The translations under genes were made by a program, and so were the position numbers. Below are positions 17,340 through 25,322 of a stretch of 32,000 nt of DNA, one piece after another. This DNA is from an uncultured bacterium (GTDB lineage Bacteria; GCA-001730085). Location: the NCBI GenBank assembly GCA_964565945.1, contig CAZMGY010000011.1, positions 60,001 through 92,000 on the forward strand, given 5' to 3'. A model generated the notes under the pieces. It was given only the letters and a program-made list of their open reading frames with translations, did no database searches and was not told where the DNA came from. Each line of letters opens with the position of its first letter. Within the stretch, counting starts at the first letter, position 1.

Positions 17340-17732
17340 ATGACTATTTATCAAGGAATAGAAAAACGTGAATTTTTACGTGTTGACTACACATCTCAAG
17401 TGGATGTACGGGTCTTTCAGAAAGATGAATTGCAAGTGATTCCTGTGGGTTATACGAAAAATGTGAGTGCTTGTGGTTTGTTATTTGAATCGGATGTGAG
17501 TTTTCCAATGGGGACCATTTTGGTCGTTAATCTCGATTTGAATACCTTATCTAACGTGATAGAGATGGACGCTTCTGTGATAGAGGTCGAAGGCTCTTTA
17601 TTGGCACGCCTGGTTCGGGTGGAAGAGTATGTGAGCGACAAAAGTTTTGGCTTAGGCTTGTGCTTTATTCGTAAACAAGAATTATCCGATGAGGATGATG
17701 TAGCTCAAATCGTCAAGATTCTTGCGAGTTAG
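17340..17732 (+). CDS. Stand-alone PilZ-domain protein (predicted c-di-GMP receptor)
   Basis: 130 aa from ATG 17340, preceded by AAGGAGGG. Carries both PilZ signature elements: RxxxR (EKREFLRV) and (D/N)xSxxG (NVSACG). Confidence 0.8.
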   Translation: MTIYQGIEKREFLRVDYTSQVDVRVFQKDELQVIPVGYTKNVSACGLLFESDVSFPMGTILVVNLDLNTLSNVIEMDASVIEVEGSLLARLVRVEEYVSDKSFGLGLCFIRKQELSDEDDVAQIVKILAS

Positions 17733-17740
17733 TTCGAGCT

Positions 17741-18568
17741 ATGCAAGCGTTTTTAGGATCTCAATTAACGCGGCTTGGGATTGTGAAAGATTCTCTTTTT
17801 GTGATGGCTGGACCTTGCGTGATCGAAAGCGAGGCTTTAGCTTTCGAAGTGGCTCAAGCGCTTAAAGAAATAACGCAGCGTTTAGGTGTTACATTTATCT
17901 TTAAAGCGTCCTATGATAAGGCTAATCGTTCCTCTTTGAATGCTTTTCGTGGGCCAGGACGAACCGAAGGCTTAGCTGTATTAGATCGTATCTCCAAAAA
18001 GTTGGAGGTTCCCGTTGTTTCGGATATTCATGGTATCGAAGAGATTGACGAGGCATCTTCTGTGTTGGATATTATGCAAATTCCTGCTTTCTTATGTCGC
18101 CAGACTGATTTGCTGGTTAAGGCCGCCCAGACCGACTGTGTTGTAAATATCAAAAAAGGTCAGTTTTTGGCACCTTGGGATATGGAGCATGTCTTGAAGA
18201 AGGTGCTTGAGTCGGGCAGCCATAATGTGATGTTAACCGAGCGAGGAGCTTCGTTTGGCTATAACAATCTCGTTAGCGATATGCGCTCAATACCGATTAT
18301 GAAACAGTGGGGATACCCTGTGGTGTTTGATGCGACCCATAGTGTTCAATTACCTGGAGGTGGTCAAGGTTGTTCTTCGGGACAACGTAAGTTTGCTCCT
18401 TTGCTTGCTTATGCTGCGACGGTTGTGGGTTGTGACGGTTTGTTTTTTGAAGTTCATCCTGATCCCGATCAGGCTTTGAGTGATGGGCCTAACATGATCC
18501 CTTTGGATCAATTCGAGGCTGTTCTCAAACAAGTTTTGGCCTTCAAAAAAGTGGCTAAGGAGAGTTAA
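17741..18568 (+). CDS. kdsA: 3-deoxy-8-phosphooctulonate (Kdo-8-P) synthase
   Basis: 275 aa with the motifs AGPCVIES, FKASYDKANRSS, TERGASFGYNNLVSDMR, FDATHSVQLPGG and EVHPDPD.ALSDGPN. Confidence 0.95.
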   Translation: MQAFLGSQLTRLGIVKDSLFVMAGPCVIESEALAFEVAQALKEITQRLGVTFIFKASYDKANRSSLNAFRGPGRTEGLAVLDRISKKLEVPVVSDIHGIEEIDEASSVLDIMQIPAFLCRQTDLLVKAAQTDCVVNIKKGQFLAPWDMEHVLKKVLESGSHNVMLTERGASFGYNNLVSDMRSIPIMKQWGYPVVFDATHSVQLPGGGQGCSSGQRKFAPLLAYAATVVGCDGLFFEVHPDPDQALSDGPNMIPLDQFEAVLKQVLAFKKVAKES

Positions 18569-19525
18569 ATGTTAGAGCGTGCCAAAGAAATTCTGTTAAC
18601 CGAAGCCAAAGCCGTGGAAAATTTGGTTCATCACTTGGATGAATCTTTTGTGCGAGCTGTAGAGTTTCTTCAACAGACCCAAGGTCGTGTTATTTGCACT
18701 GGAATGGGTAAGCCAGGGTTGATAGCGCGTAAAATTGCGGCCACTATGGCAAGTACAGGTACACCAGCATTTTATGTTCATCCTGCCGAAGCGATTCATG
18801 GAGATATTGGGATGATTAAAAAGGAAGATACTGTTTTGGCTATGTCTCACAGTGGAGAAACCGAAGAGATTGTGCGCATGATCCCTTTAGTTGCAATGCT
18901 TGGGTCTCGTTTGATTGCTATGACTGGTAACAAAGAATCGACTTTGGCTAAACACAGCGATGTTGTGCTTGATGTATCGATCGAAAAAGAAGCTTGCTCA
19001 TTGGGTTTAGTGCCATCGGCAAGTTCGACGGTCGCTTTGGCGATGGGCGATGCTTTGGCGATTGTGCTTTACGAGGAAAAAGGATTTCGTTTGGAAGACT
19101 TTGCCCGTTTGCATCCTGGAGGTGAACTGGGTCGCAAGCTGTTGTTGTGTGTCTCGGACGTGATGCGTCCGCTTAAGCAAACACCGATAATTGAGGAAAA
19201 TCGAACGGTCAAAGATGCTGTGGAAATGATTTCGTCGCATAGTGCGGGGGCCGTTTTGATTGTGGATCAACACGAAAACCTTAAAGGTATTTTCACCGAT
19301 GGAGATTTAAGGCGTGGTTTGCTGACTCAATCTGGTATGATTGATTTAACCATCAAGGATGTGATGACCAAAGATCCGCTTTTTGTTCAGCAAAGCGATT
19401 TATCTGTTGAAGTTTTGCGTTGCATGAACGACAATAAAGTGGATGAATTACCTGTTTTAGACGATTCGCAAAAAGTTGTGGGGATTGTGGATATTCAGGA
19501 TTTATTGAATGTAGGAATTATATGA
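18569..19525 (+). CDS. kdsD: Arabinose-5-phosphate isomerase (KdsD/KpsF type; SIS + tandem CBS)
   Basis: 318 aa. SIS motifs GMGKPGLIARKIAATMASTGTPAFYVHPAEAIHGDIGM and SHSGETEE, with a C-terminal CBS pair. The start abuts the kdsA stop (TAAATG). Confidence 0.92.
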   Translation: MLERAKEILLTEAKAVENLVHHLDESFVRAVEFLQQTQGRVICTGMGKPGLIARKIAATMASTGTPAFYVHPAEAIHGDIGMIKKEDTVLAMSHSGETEEIVRMIPLVAMLGSRLIAMTGNKESTLAKHSDVVLDVSIEKEACSLGLVPSASSTVALAMGDALAIVLYEEKGFRLEDFARLHPGGELGRKLLLCVSDVMRPLKQTPIIEENRTVKDAVEMISSHSAGAVLIVDQHENLKGIFTDGDLRRGLLTQSGMIDLTIKDVMTKDPLFVQQSDLSVEVLRCMNDNKVDELPVLDDSQKVVGIVDIQDLLNVGII

Positions 19526-20427
19526 GAGTTGTATCGATTATTGTGTGTGTATTGAGCTTGGTCTGTTCAGATGTGCAAGCTCAAGAAGGGAATCAAGCCG
19601 AGCTTGTTTCTTTGTCTGGTTATACCCAGGAAGGGCATAAGAAATGGGATTTGTTGGCGGAGTCGGTCGAAATTTTTCCTGAGGAAGACGATATTGATTT
19701 GCAATCTCCCAAAGGTGTCTTGTATGACAATGGTGATCCCGAAATGTACTTGAAGGCCCAAAGCGGTACTTATAATCCGAAAACAGGGAATATTTTTCTT
19801 AAGGAAAATGTCCAAATGGAAGAGATTTCTGGTACCAAGGTGAAAACATCGGAACTCTATTGGGACTCGGAAAAAGCTGTTTTGGAAATGAAAAACGATG
19901 TGGAAATAACCAAAAACAATGCTGTGATCACGGGGCGCAATATGAGGGTTGTTAAAGACAAGAATATAGCGAATTTGGAAGAGAACGTTAAGTTGAAGGT
20001 TTTTGGCAGTCAAGCTACCGAGCATCCTTCGGTGATTACCTGTACTGGAAAAATGGAAGTGAACTATCAAAATAACTATGTTGAATTTTTCGATAATGTG
20101 GTTATTTCGGATCCTCAGATTAATTTGAAAGCCGATTATATGAAGGTCTTTTTTGATCGTCCGAGTCGTAAATTGGATCGTGTTATTTGCAAAGGTAATG
20201 TGGCGGTTGCTCAAGATACTAAGAAAGCTATGGGGGGGATGGCTGAGTACGATGGGCTTGAAGGAGTTATTTATCTATCCGATCATCCTAAAGTGCTCAA
20301 AGATGGTAATATTCTTACGGCCGATAATATTACTTTTTTCCTTGATAGTGAGCGAGTCGTGTGCGAGCCATCAGCTCAGTTGGTTCTATTTTTTCCCGAG
20401 GAAGATCGGGAATTTTTTGGAATTTAG
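19522..20427 (+). CDS. Periplasmic LPS-transport protein with apparent LptC-like N-half and LptA/OstA-like C-half
   Basis: 301 aa with an N-terminal signal/anchor (MRVVSIIVCVLSLVCSDVQAQ). Both halves show the alternating beta-strand pattern of the Lpt jellyroll fold (e.g. FLKENVQM..., FFDNVVISDPQINLKADYMKVFF..., CKGNVAVAQ..., AEYD...VIYLSDHPKVLKDGNILTADNITF). It occupies the lptC-lptA position between kdsD and lptB. ATGA overlap with kdsD. Confidence 0.65.
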   Translation: MRVVSIIVCVLSLVCSDVQAQEGNQAELVSLSGYTQEGHKKWDLLAESVEIFPEEDDIDLQSPKGVLYDNGDPEMYLKAQSGTYNPKTGNIFLKENVQMEEISGTKVKTSELYWDSEKAVLEMKNDVEITKNNAVITGRNMRVVKDKNIANLEENVKLKVFGSQATEHPSVITCTGKMEVNYQNNYVEFFDNVVISDPQINLKADYMKVFFDRPSRKLDRVICKGNVAVAQDTKKAMGGMAEYDGLEGVIYLSDHPKVLKDGNILTADNITFFLDSERVVCEPSAQLVLFFPEEDREFFGI

Positions 20428-20462
20428 GCTTTAAGGTCGCAGACTGTTAGAAAGGTGGGCCT

Positions 20463-21185
20463 ATGTTTATCTTGGAGACAAAAAAAATGGTCAAGACATA
20501 CAACAATCGTTGTATTGTCAATAAGACTAGTATTCAAGTGAAAAAAGGTGAAATTGTGGGGTTATTGGGTCCTAATGGGGCAGGTAAAACCACAACCTTT
20601 CATATGATTGTCGGGCTTATTCGTCCCGATGAGGGTCAAGTTTTGTATGGTAAAAAAGATATCACGCATTGGCCGATGTATAAGCGTGCGCGGATTGGGA
20701 TGAGTTATTTGTCGCAGGAACCTTCGATTTTTCGTAAGTTGTCGGTGGAAGACAATATTATGGCTGTGTTAGAGATGATGCCTTTGTCGATGTCGCAAAG
20801 AAAATATTGCTTGGAAAAGCTTATGAAAGATTTAAGGATAGCGTATTTGGCTAAAAATCAAGCCGTTACCTTATCAGGAGGGGAGCGTCGTCGTTTGGAA
20901 ATTGCCAGAGCCTTGGCAATCAATCCGTCTTTTTTGATGTTGGATGAGCCTTTTTCGGGTGTTGACCCGATTGCTGTGGCAGAGGTGCAGCAAATTATTA
21001 CCAACTTGAGGGATCAAGGTCTTTCAATTTTGTTGACTGATCACAATGTGCGTGAAACATTGTCGATCACAGATCGTTCTTACATTATGTACGAAGGAAA
21101 GGTGTTGGTGTCGGGAACGGCAGAAGAGATTATTAATGATGATTGCGCGAAACGCTTTTATCTGGGCGAAACGTTTAAGCTGTAG
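20463..21185 (+). CDS. lptB: LPS export ABC transporter ATP-binding protein
   Basis: 240 aa. Walker A GPNGAGKTT, signature LSGGERRRLEIARAL, Walker B FLMLDEPFSGVDP, and the LptB-typical TDHNVRETL. Confidence 0.92.
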   Translation: MFILETKKMVKTYNNRCIVNKTSIQVKKGEIVGLLGPNGAGKTTTFHMIVGLIRPDEGQVLYGKKDITHWPMYKRARIGMSYLSQEPSIFRKLSVEDNIMAVLEMMPLSMSQRKYCLEKLMKDLRIAYLAKNQAVTLSGGERRRLEIARALAINPSFLMLDEPFSGVDPIAVAEVQQIITNLRDQGLSILLTDHNVRETLSITDRSYIMYEGKVLVSGTAEEIINDDCAKRFYLGETFKL

Positions 21186-21251
21186 ATGTGCGTTCTTTTT
21201 TCCTATATAATAGGACTTAAACTTAGAAGATGGTTGAGGAGATATTAAGTT

Positions 21252-21791
21252 ATGAATATAAGTATAGTTGGTCGTCATTTAGATTTAACAGATGGAATTA
21301 AAGATCATATTTACGACAAAGTTCAAAAATTAGAGAAAATTATCAATCCTATTCCCGAAATTCATGTGACTTTATCCGTTCAAAAAAAATATATTCATGT
21401 GGCTGAAATTGCCTTAACCGTCAAAAAAGAAAGTGTTAAGGGTTTGGCCGAATCGGAAGATATGTATATTTCGATTGATAAAGCTGTGGATAAGGTTGCG
21501 CATCACTTGCAAAAAGTCCGTGATAAATCGAAAAGTCACAAAGCGACGTCTCTCAAAGAAGAAATTATGATTCTTAAAGAAGAGAGTGAGCGTGATGCTG
21601 AAGACCTTATAGATAAAATTGTTTTTCAAGAGATTGAGGTTAAGTCGATGGATGTTCAAGAAGCTGTGATGCAATATGTGGCTTTGGAGCAGGAGTTTTT
21701 GCTATTTGAACGTGTGGACACCAAAAAGATTAACCTTTTGAGAAAAAATTCTCATGGAGAATTTGAAGTAATAGAACCAGTAAATGTATAG
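21252..21791 (+). CDS. hpf: Ribosome hibernation promoting factor, long form
   Basis: 179 aa. N-terminal RaiA/HPF domain (MNISIVGRHLDLTDGIKDHIYDKVQKLEK...YISIDKAVDKVAHHLQK) plus a C-terminal dimerisation domain (IVFQEIEVKSMDVQEAVMQ...FLLFERVDTKKINLLRKNSHGEFEVIEP). Confidence 0.9.
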   Translation: MNISIVGRHLDLTDGIKDHIYDKVQKLEKIINPIPEIHVTLSVQKKYIHVAEIALTVKKESVKGLAESEDMYISIDKAVDKVAHHLQKVRDKSKSHKATSLKEEIMILKEESERDAEDLIDKIVFQEIEVKSMDVQEAVMQYVALEQEFLLFERVDTKKINLLRKNSHGEFEVIEPVNV

Positions 21792-21803
21792 AGGAGAAAG
21801 ACG

Positions 21804-22268
21804 ATGAAAATCACCGACATCTTGTCGAAAGATTGTGTTTTGGATGACTTGAAGTCTAAGCAAAAAAAAGACGTCCTTGTTGAGATGGTTGGAATTATGA
21901 AGTCTTTGAATAAGTTTGAAAAAAGTGATAAAGTTGTGGAAAATCTTATGGAACGAGAGGCTCTTGGGAGTACTGGTGTTGGTTATGGGGTTGCTATTCC
22001 TCATACCAAAATTGATGACATTGATGATTTAGTAGGAATGTTTGGTCGTTCAAAGACGGGAGTTGATTTTGATTCCTTAGATGGTGTTCCTGTTAAAATT
22101 TTATTCTTGCTACTCACACCTAAAAATTCGATAGGACAGCATTTGAAAGCCTTGGCGAGAATTTCAAGTTTGCTCAAAGACAAACTTTTTCGTCAAGAGT
22201 TGTTGGAAGCTGAAGATGCTTCGGTCATTTACAAAATCATTGAACGCGAAGATAAGGCTCGTGTTTGA
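21804..22268 (+). CDS. ptsN: PTS EIIA-Ntr-type protein
   Basis: 154 aa. EIIA(Fru/Ntr) fold pattern with the active-site His in GVAIPHTK. Located directly after hpf, as in the canonical hpf-ptsN arrangement. Confidence 0.88.
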   Translation: MKITDILSKDCVLDDLKSKQKKDVLVEMVGIMKSLNKFEKSDKVVENLMEREALGSTGVGYGVAIPHTKIDDIDDLVGMFGRSKTGVDFDSLDGVPVKILFLLLTPKNSIGQHLKALARISSLLKDKLFRQELLEAEDASVIYKIIEREDKARV

Positions 22269-22313
22269 TTTATTCCGTTTTTTGCGAACTCTGGCTAAGA
22301 AAGAGAGGTCTTC

Positions 22314-23276
22314 ATGAAGCGTAAGCTGACTGTCGATGATCTTTTGTTTGAAATGGACTTTTTGCTTAAGTTTAAACGAGTTATGCTTGGAGACGCATCT
22401 TTAAAGAATAGGATTAGAGTTCCTGATGTGAATCGTGCGGGCTTGGCTTTTGCTGGTTACTACGATTATTTTGGCGACAAACGTGTCCAAGTGATTGGAA
22501 AAACGGAAATGAGTTTTTTGAATCAGTTGTCGGCGCGTCAGTGCAATATTCGTATCAAGAAATTTATGTCTTACAAGTCTCCTTTGGTTATTTTTACCCG
22601 CAATATTAAGATTCCACCTTTGTTTATTGAGCAGGCTGAAAAGTGTAACATTGCCTTGGTGTCTACCTCGATGACCACCACGAGGGTTGTTGGGAATTTG
22701 ACTTTGTACCTTGAAGAGGTTTTTTCTCCTTCGAAAACTTTTCATGGAACCTTAATGGATGTTCATGGAGTAGGCGTTTTATTGTTGGGGGGCAGTGGTG
22801 TTGGAAAAAGTGAGTGTGCTCTTGAACTGGTTGAAAGGGGCCATCGTTTGGTGAGCGACGACGTGGTTATGGTGACTAAAAAAATGGGACGTTACTTGGT
22901 TGGGTCGGGAACGAGCTTTGTTCGTCATCATATGGAAATTCGTGGTTTGGGCATTATTGATGTTAGAAGTATTTATGGGGCGAGTGCTGTGCGGAACCAA
23001 AAACGGATAGGTTTTGTTGTTAGTTTAGAGGACTGGGATGCTTCTAAAGAATATGAGCGCTTAGGTCTCGAAGAAAAAACGTATGATATTTTAGGCATGT
23101 CGTTGCCTCATTTTGTGATTCCTGTCAAACCAGGTCGAAATATTGCGATATTGATTGAAGTTGCAACGTCGACGCAAAGGTTAAAAAAAATGGGAGTTAA
23201 TCCTGTTGCGGAGATAGAACGCAAGATGCTTAATATTATGAATAAAGATAAACAATTATTGGATGGATCTTTTTGA
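22314..23276 (+). CDS. hprK: HPr kinase/phosphorylase
   Basis: 320 aa with HGTLMDVHGVGVLLLGGSGVGKSECALELVERGHRLVSDDVV (P-loop), EIRGLGIIDV and IPVKPGRNIAILIEVA. Confidence 0.93.
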   Translation: MKRKLTVDDLLFEMDFLLKFKRVMLGDASLKNRIRVPDVNRAGLAFAGYYDYFGDKRVQVIGKTEMSFLNQLSARQCNIRIKKFMSYKSPLVIFTRNIKIPPLFIEQAEKCNIALVSTSMTTTRVVGNLTLYLEEVFSPSKTFHGTLMDVHGVGVLLLGGSGVGKSECALELVERGHRLVSDDVVMVTKKMGRYLVGSGTSFVRHHMEIRGLGIIDVRSIYGASAVRNQKRIGFVVSLEDWDASKEYERLGLEEKTYDILGMSLPHFVIPVKPGRNIAILIEVATSTQRLKKMGVNPVAEIERKMLNIMNKDKQLLDGSF

Positions 23277-23284
23277 TTGTGAGT

Positions 23285-23569
23285 ATGATGGTGGAAGAAA
23301 ATAAATTTAAGAAAAAAATTAAAATCCTTAATGAGACAGGGATGCACGCTCGTCCTGCAGCGAGGCTTGTTGAAAAGGCAAGTGGGTTTTCGGCAAATAT
23401 TTTTATCATTAAGGACGATATGGAGATTAATGCCAAAAGCATTATGGGGGTTTTAATGTTAGCAGCATCTAAGGGTACAAGTCTAACCTTTGTGGCTGAA
23501 GGGACAGATGCAGAAGAGGCCTTAAACGCTATCGAAGAACTTATCACAGGATATTTCGATGAATCATGA
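23285..23569 (+). CDS. ptsH: Phosphocarrier protein HPr
   Basis: Has the His-15 context NETGMHARPAARLV and the Ser-46 context NAKSIMGVLMLA. The start is ambiguous: TTG 23273, ATG 23285 or ATG 23288. Confidence 0.9.
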   Translation: MMVEENKFKKKIKILNETGMHARPAARLVEKASGFSANIFIIKDDMEINAKSIMGVLMLAASKGTSLTFVAEGTDAEEALNAIEELITGYFDES

Positions 23570-25322
23570 AGAGTTACAAAACATTAAGGGTATTCCCGCA
23601 TCTGCAGGTTATGTGATTGCACCTGCTTATGTCATGAAGACGCACTCTTTGCAAGTGTCGCATCGAACGATTCAGGAAGCCGATCTTGCTGGCGAATTGG
23701 AACGTTTTCGAATGGCTGTTGAACAAACGCGTGTTGAGATCAATGGTATTCGTGACGAAGTAGAACTTAAAATTGGCCAAAAAAATGCGGCGATTTTTAA
23801 TGTCCACTTGCTTATTTTGGATGATCCTCTTTTGTACGATGATCTCGAAAAGAGGTTGAGCAAACAGCTTCTCAATATCGAATTTGTTTTTTATCAAATC
23901 CTTCAAGAGTATTTTGAACAATTTTCGTTGATGGAAGACCCCTATATTCGTGAAAGATTAGCGGATATTGAAGATGTTGGGCGACGAGTTTTGAAAAACT
24001 TGAGTAGTTGCGAAGATTTGAGGGTGCAATCCTTTGAGGAGCCTTGTGTTTTGGTTGCTCCAGATATATTACCTTCGGATGTGGTGATGATGCATATGGA
24101 GAATGTTGTAGGCTTTGTGACCGATGCGGGTTCTAAAACATCCCATGCAGCAATCGTGGCTCGATCGCTTAAGGTGCCTGCGATTGTGGGGTCTCGTTTT
24201 GCATCCAAACATATTCAAACGGGTGATATCATCATCATTGATGCTATGGAAGGTCAAGTGTTTATTAATCCCGCGACCAATGTTCTGGAGGATTATCGTC
24301 GTAAGCAAGAAGAGTATCGCCGTTACACCAAAGAGTTGAAGAAATTAAAAAACCTTCCGGCAGAAACGCGTGATCAACACAAGGTTAACCTTATGGCTAA
24401 CATAGAGTTGCCCAAAGATGTTTATTCGGCCATGGACAACGGATCCGAGGGTATTGGATTATTTCGAACGGAATTTTTGTATATGAATCGTCTTGATTTG
24501 CCGAGTGAAGAAGAGCATTATGGGATTTACATGTCCATTTTAAAAGCTGTGGGAGATAAGCCCGTAGTGGTGAGAACGCTGGATGTTGGAGGTGACAAAC
24601 TTACACCACAATTAGGTATTCCAAAAGAAGAAAATCCAGCTTTGGGTTGGCGTGCGATAAGGTACTGTTTGGATCGTGTCGATGTGTTTAAAGTTCAATT
24701 GCGAGCGCTATTGCGTGCTTCGGTTCATGGATCTCTTAAAATCATGTTTCCCATGATTGCTGGTTTGGAAGAATTGTTAGTGGCTAAGTCTATCTTGGCG
24801 GAAGTAAAGCAAGAATTACTCGAGTCTGGGGAGCCGTTTAGGGAAAATGTTCCGATTGGAGCTATGATTGAAACGCCTTCGGCGGCTGTGACGGCTGACT
24901 TATTGGCGTCTCATGTGGATTTTTTTAGTATTGGAACCAATGATTTAATTCAGTACACCTTAGCTGTCGATCGCGGTAATGAAAAAATTGCCTGTTATTA
25001 TGATCCCCTGCACCCTGCGATTGTTCGATTTATTGATCAAGTGGTTAAGGCTGGGCATGACCAAGGCATCGATGTGAGCATGTGTGGAGAGATGTCGAGT
25101 GATCCGTTGTCTATTGAGTTACTGATTGGTCTCGGTTTGGATTGTTTGAGTGTGAGTCATAGTGTTGTGCCTGAAGTGAAGAGGATGATTCGTTCTGTCA
25201 GTTTGGGCGAAGCTCAGGATTTTGCTCAAAGAGCATTTAAATATAAGCGTGCTAATGAATTGAAAGAAGATGCAAAGCAACGCGTCAATCGTATTTTGGA
25301 TCAAGGGGAGGTGTCTGCGTGA
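23559..25322 (+). CDS. ptsI: Phosphoenolpyruvate-protein phosphotransferase (PTS Enzyme I), no GAF domain
   Basis: 587 aa with the motifs GSKTSHAAIVARSLKVPAIVG (phospho-His), GIGLFRTEFLY, RTLDVGGDK, NPALGWRAIR, FSIGTNDLIQYTLAVDRGN and CGEMSSDP. The start overlaps the ptsH end by 11 nt. Confidence 0.95.
   Translation: MNHEELQNIKGIPASAGYVIAPAYVMKTHSLQVSHRTIQEADLAGELERFRMAVEQTRVEINGIRDEVELKIGQKNAAIFNVHLLILDDPLLYDDLEKRLSKQLLNIEFVFYQILQEYFEQFSLMEDPYIRERLADIEDVGRRVLKNLSSCEDLRVQSFEEPCVLVAPDILPSDVVMMHMENVVGFVTDAGSKTSHAAIVARSLKVPAIVGSRFASKHIQTGDIIIIDAMEGQVFINPATNVLEDYRRKQEEYRRYTKELKKLKNLPAETRDQHKVNLMANIELPKDVYSAMDNGSEGIGLFRTEFLYMNRLDLPSEEEHYGIYMSILKAVGDKPVVVRTLDVGGDKLTPQLGIPKEENPALGWRAIRYCLDRVDVFKVQLRALLRASVHGSLKIMFPMIAGLEELLVAKSILAEVKQELLESGEPFRENVPIGAMIETPSAAVTADLLASHVDFFSIGTNDLIQYTLAVDRGNEKIACYYDPLHPAIVRFIDQVVKAGHDQGIDVSMCGEMSSDPLSIELLIGLGLDCLSVSHSVVPEVKRMIRSVSLGEAQDFAQRAFKYKRANELKEDAKQRVNRILDQGEVSA

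Noticed and set aside
19567-20214. 215-aa antisense ORF inside the LptC/LptA-like gene
   Set aside because: The product is low-complexity (rich in F/I/R/H/N) with no recognisable motif or SD. It lies entirely opposite a well-supported gene. This is a typical shadow ORF.
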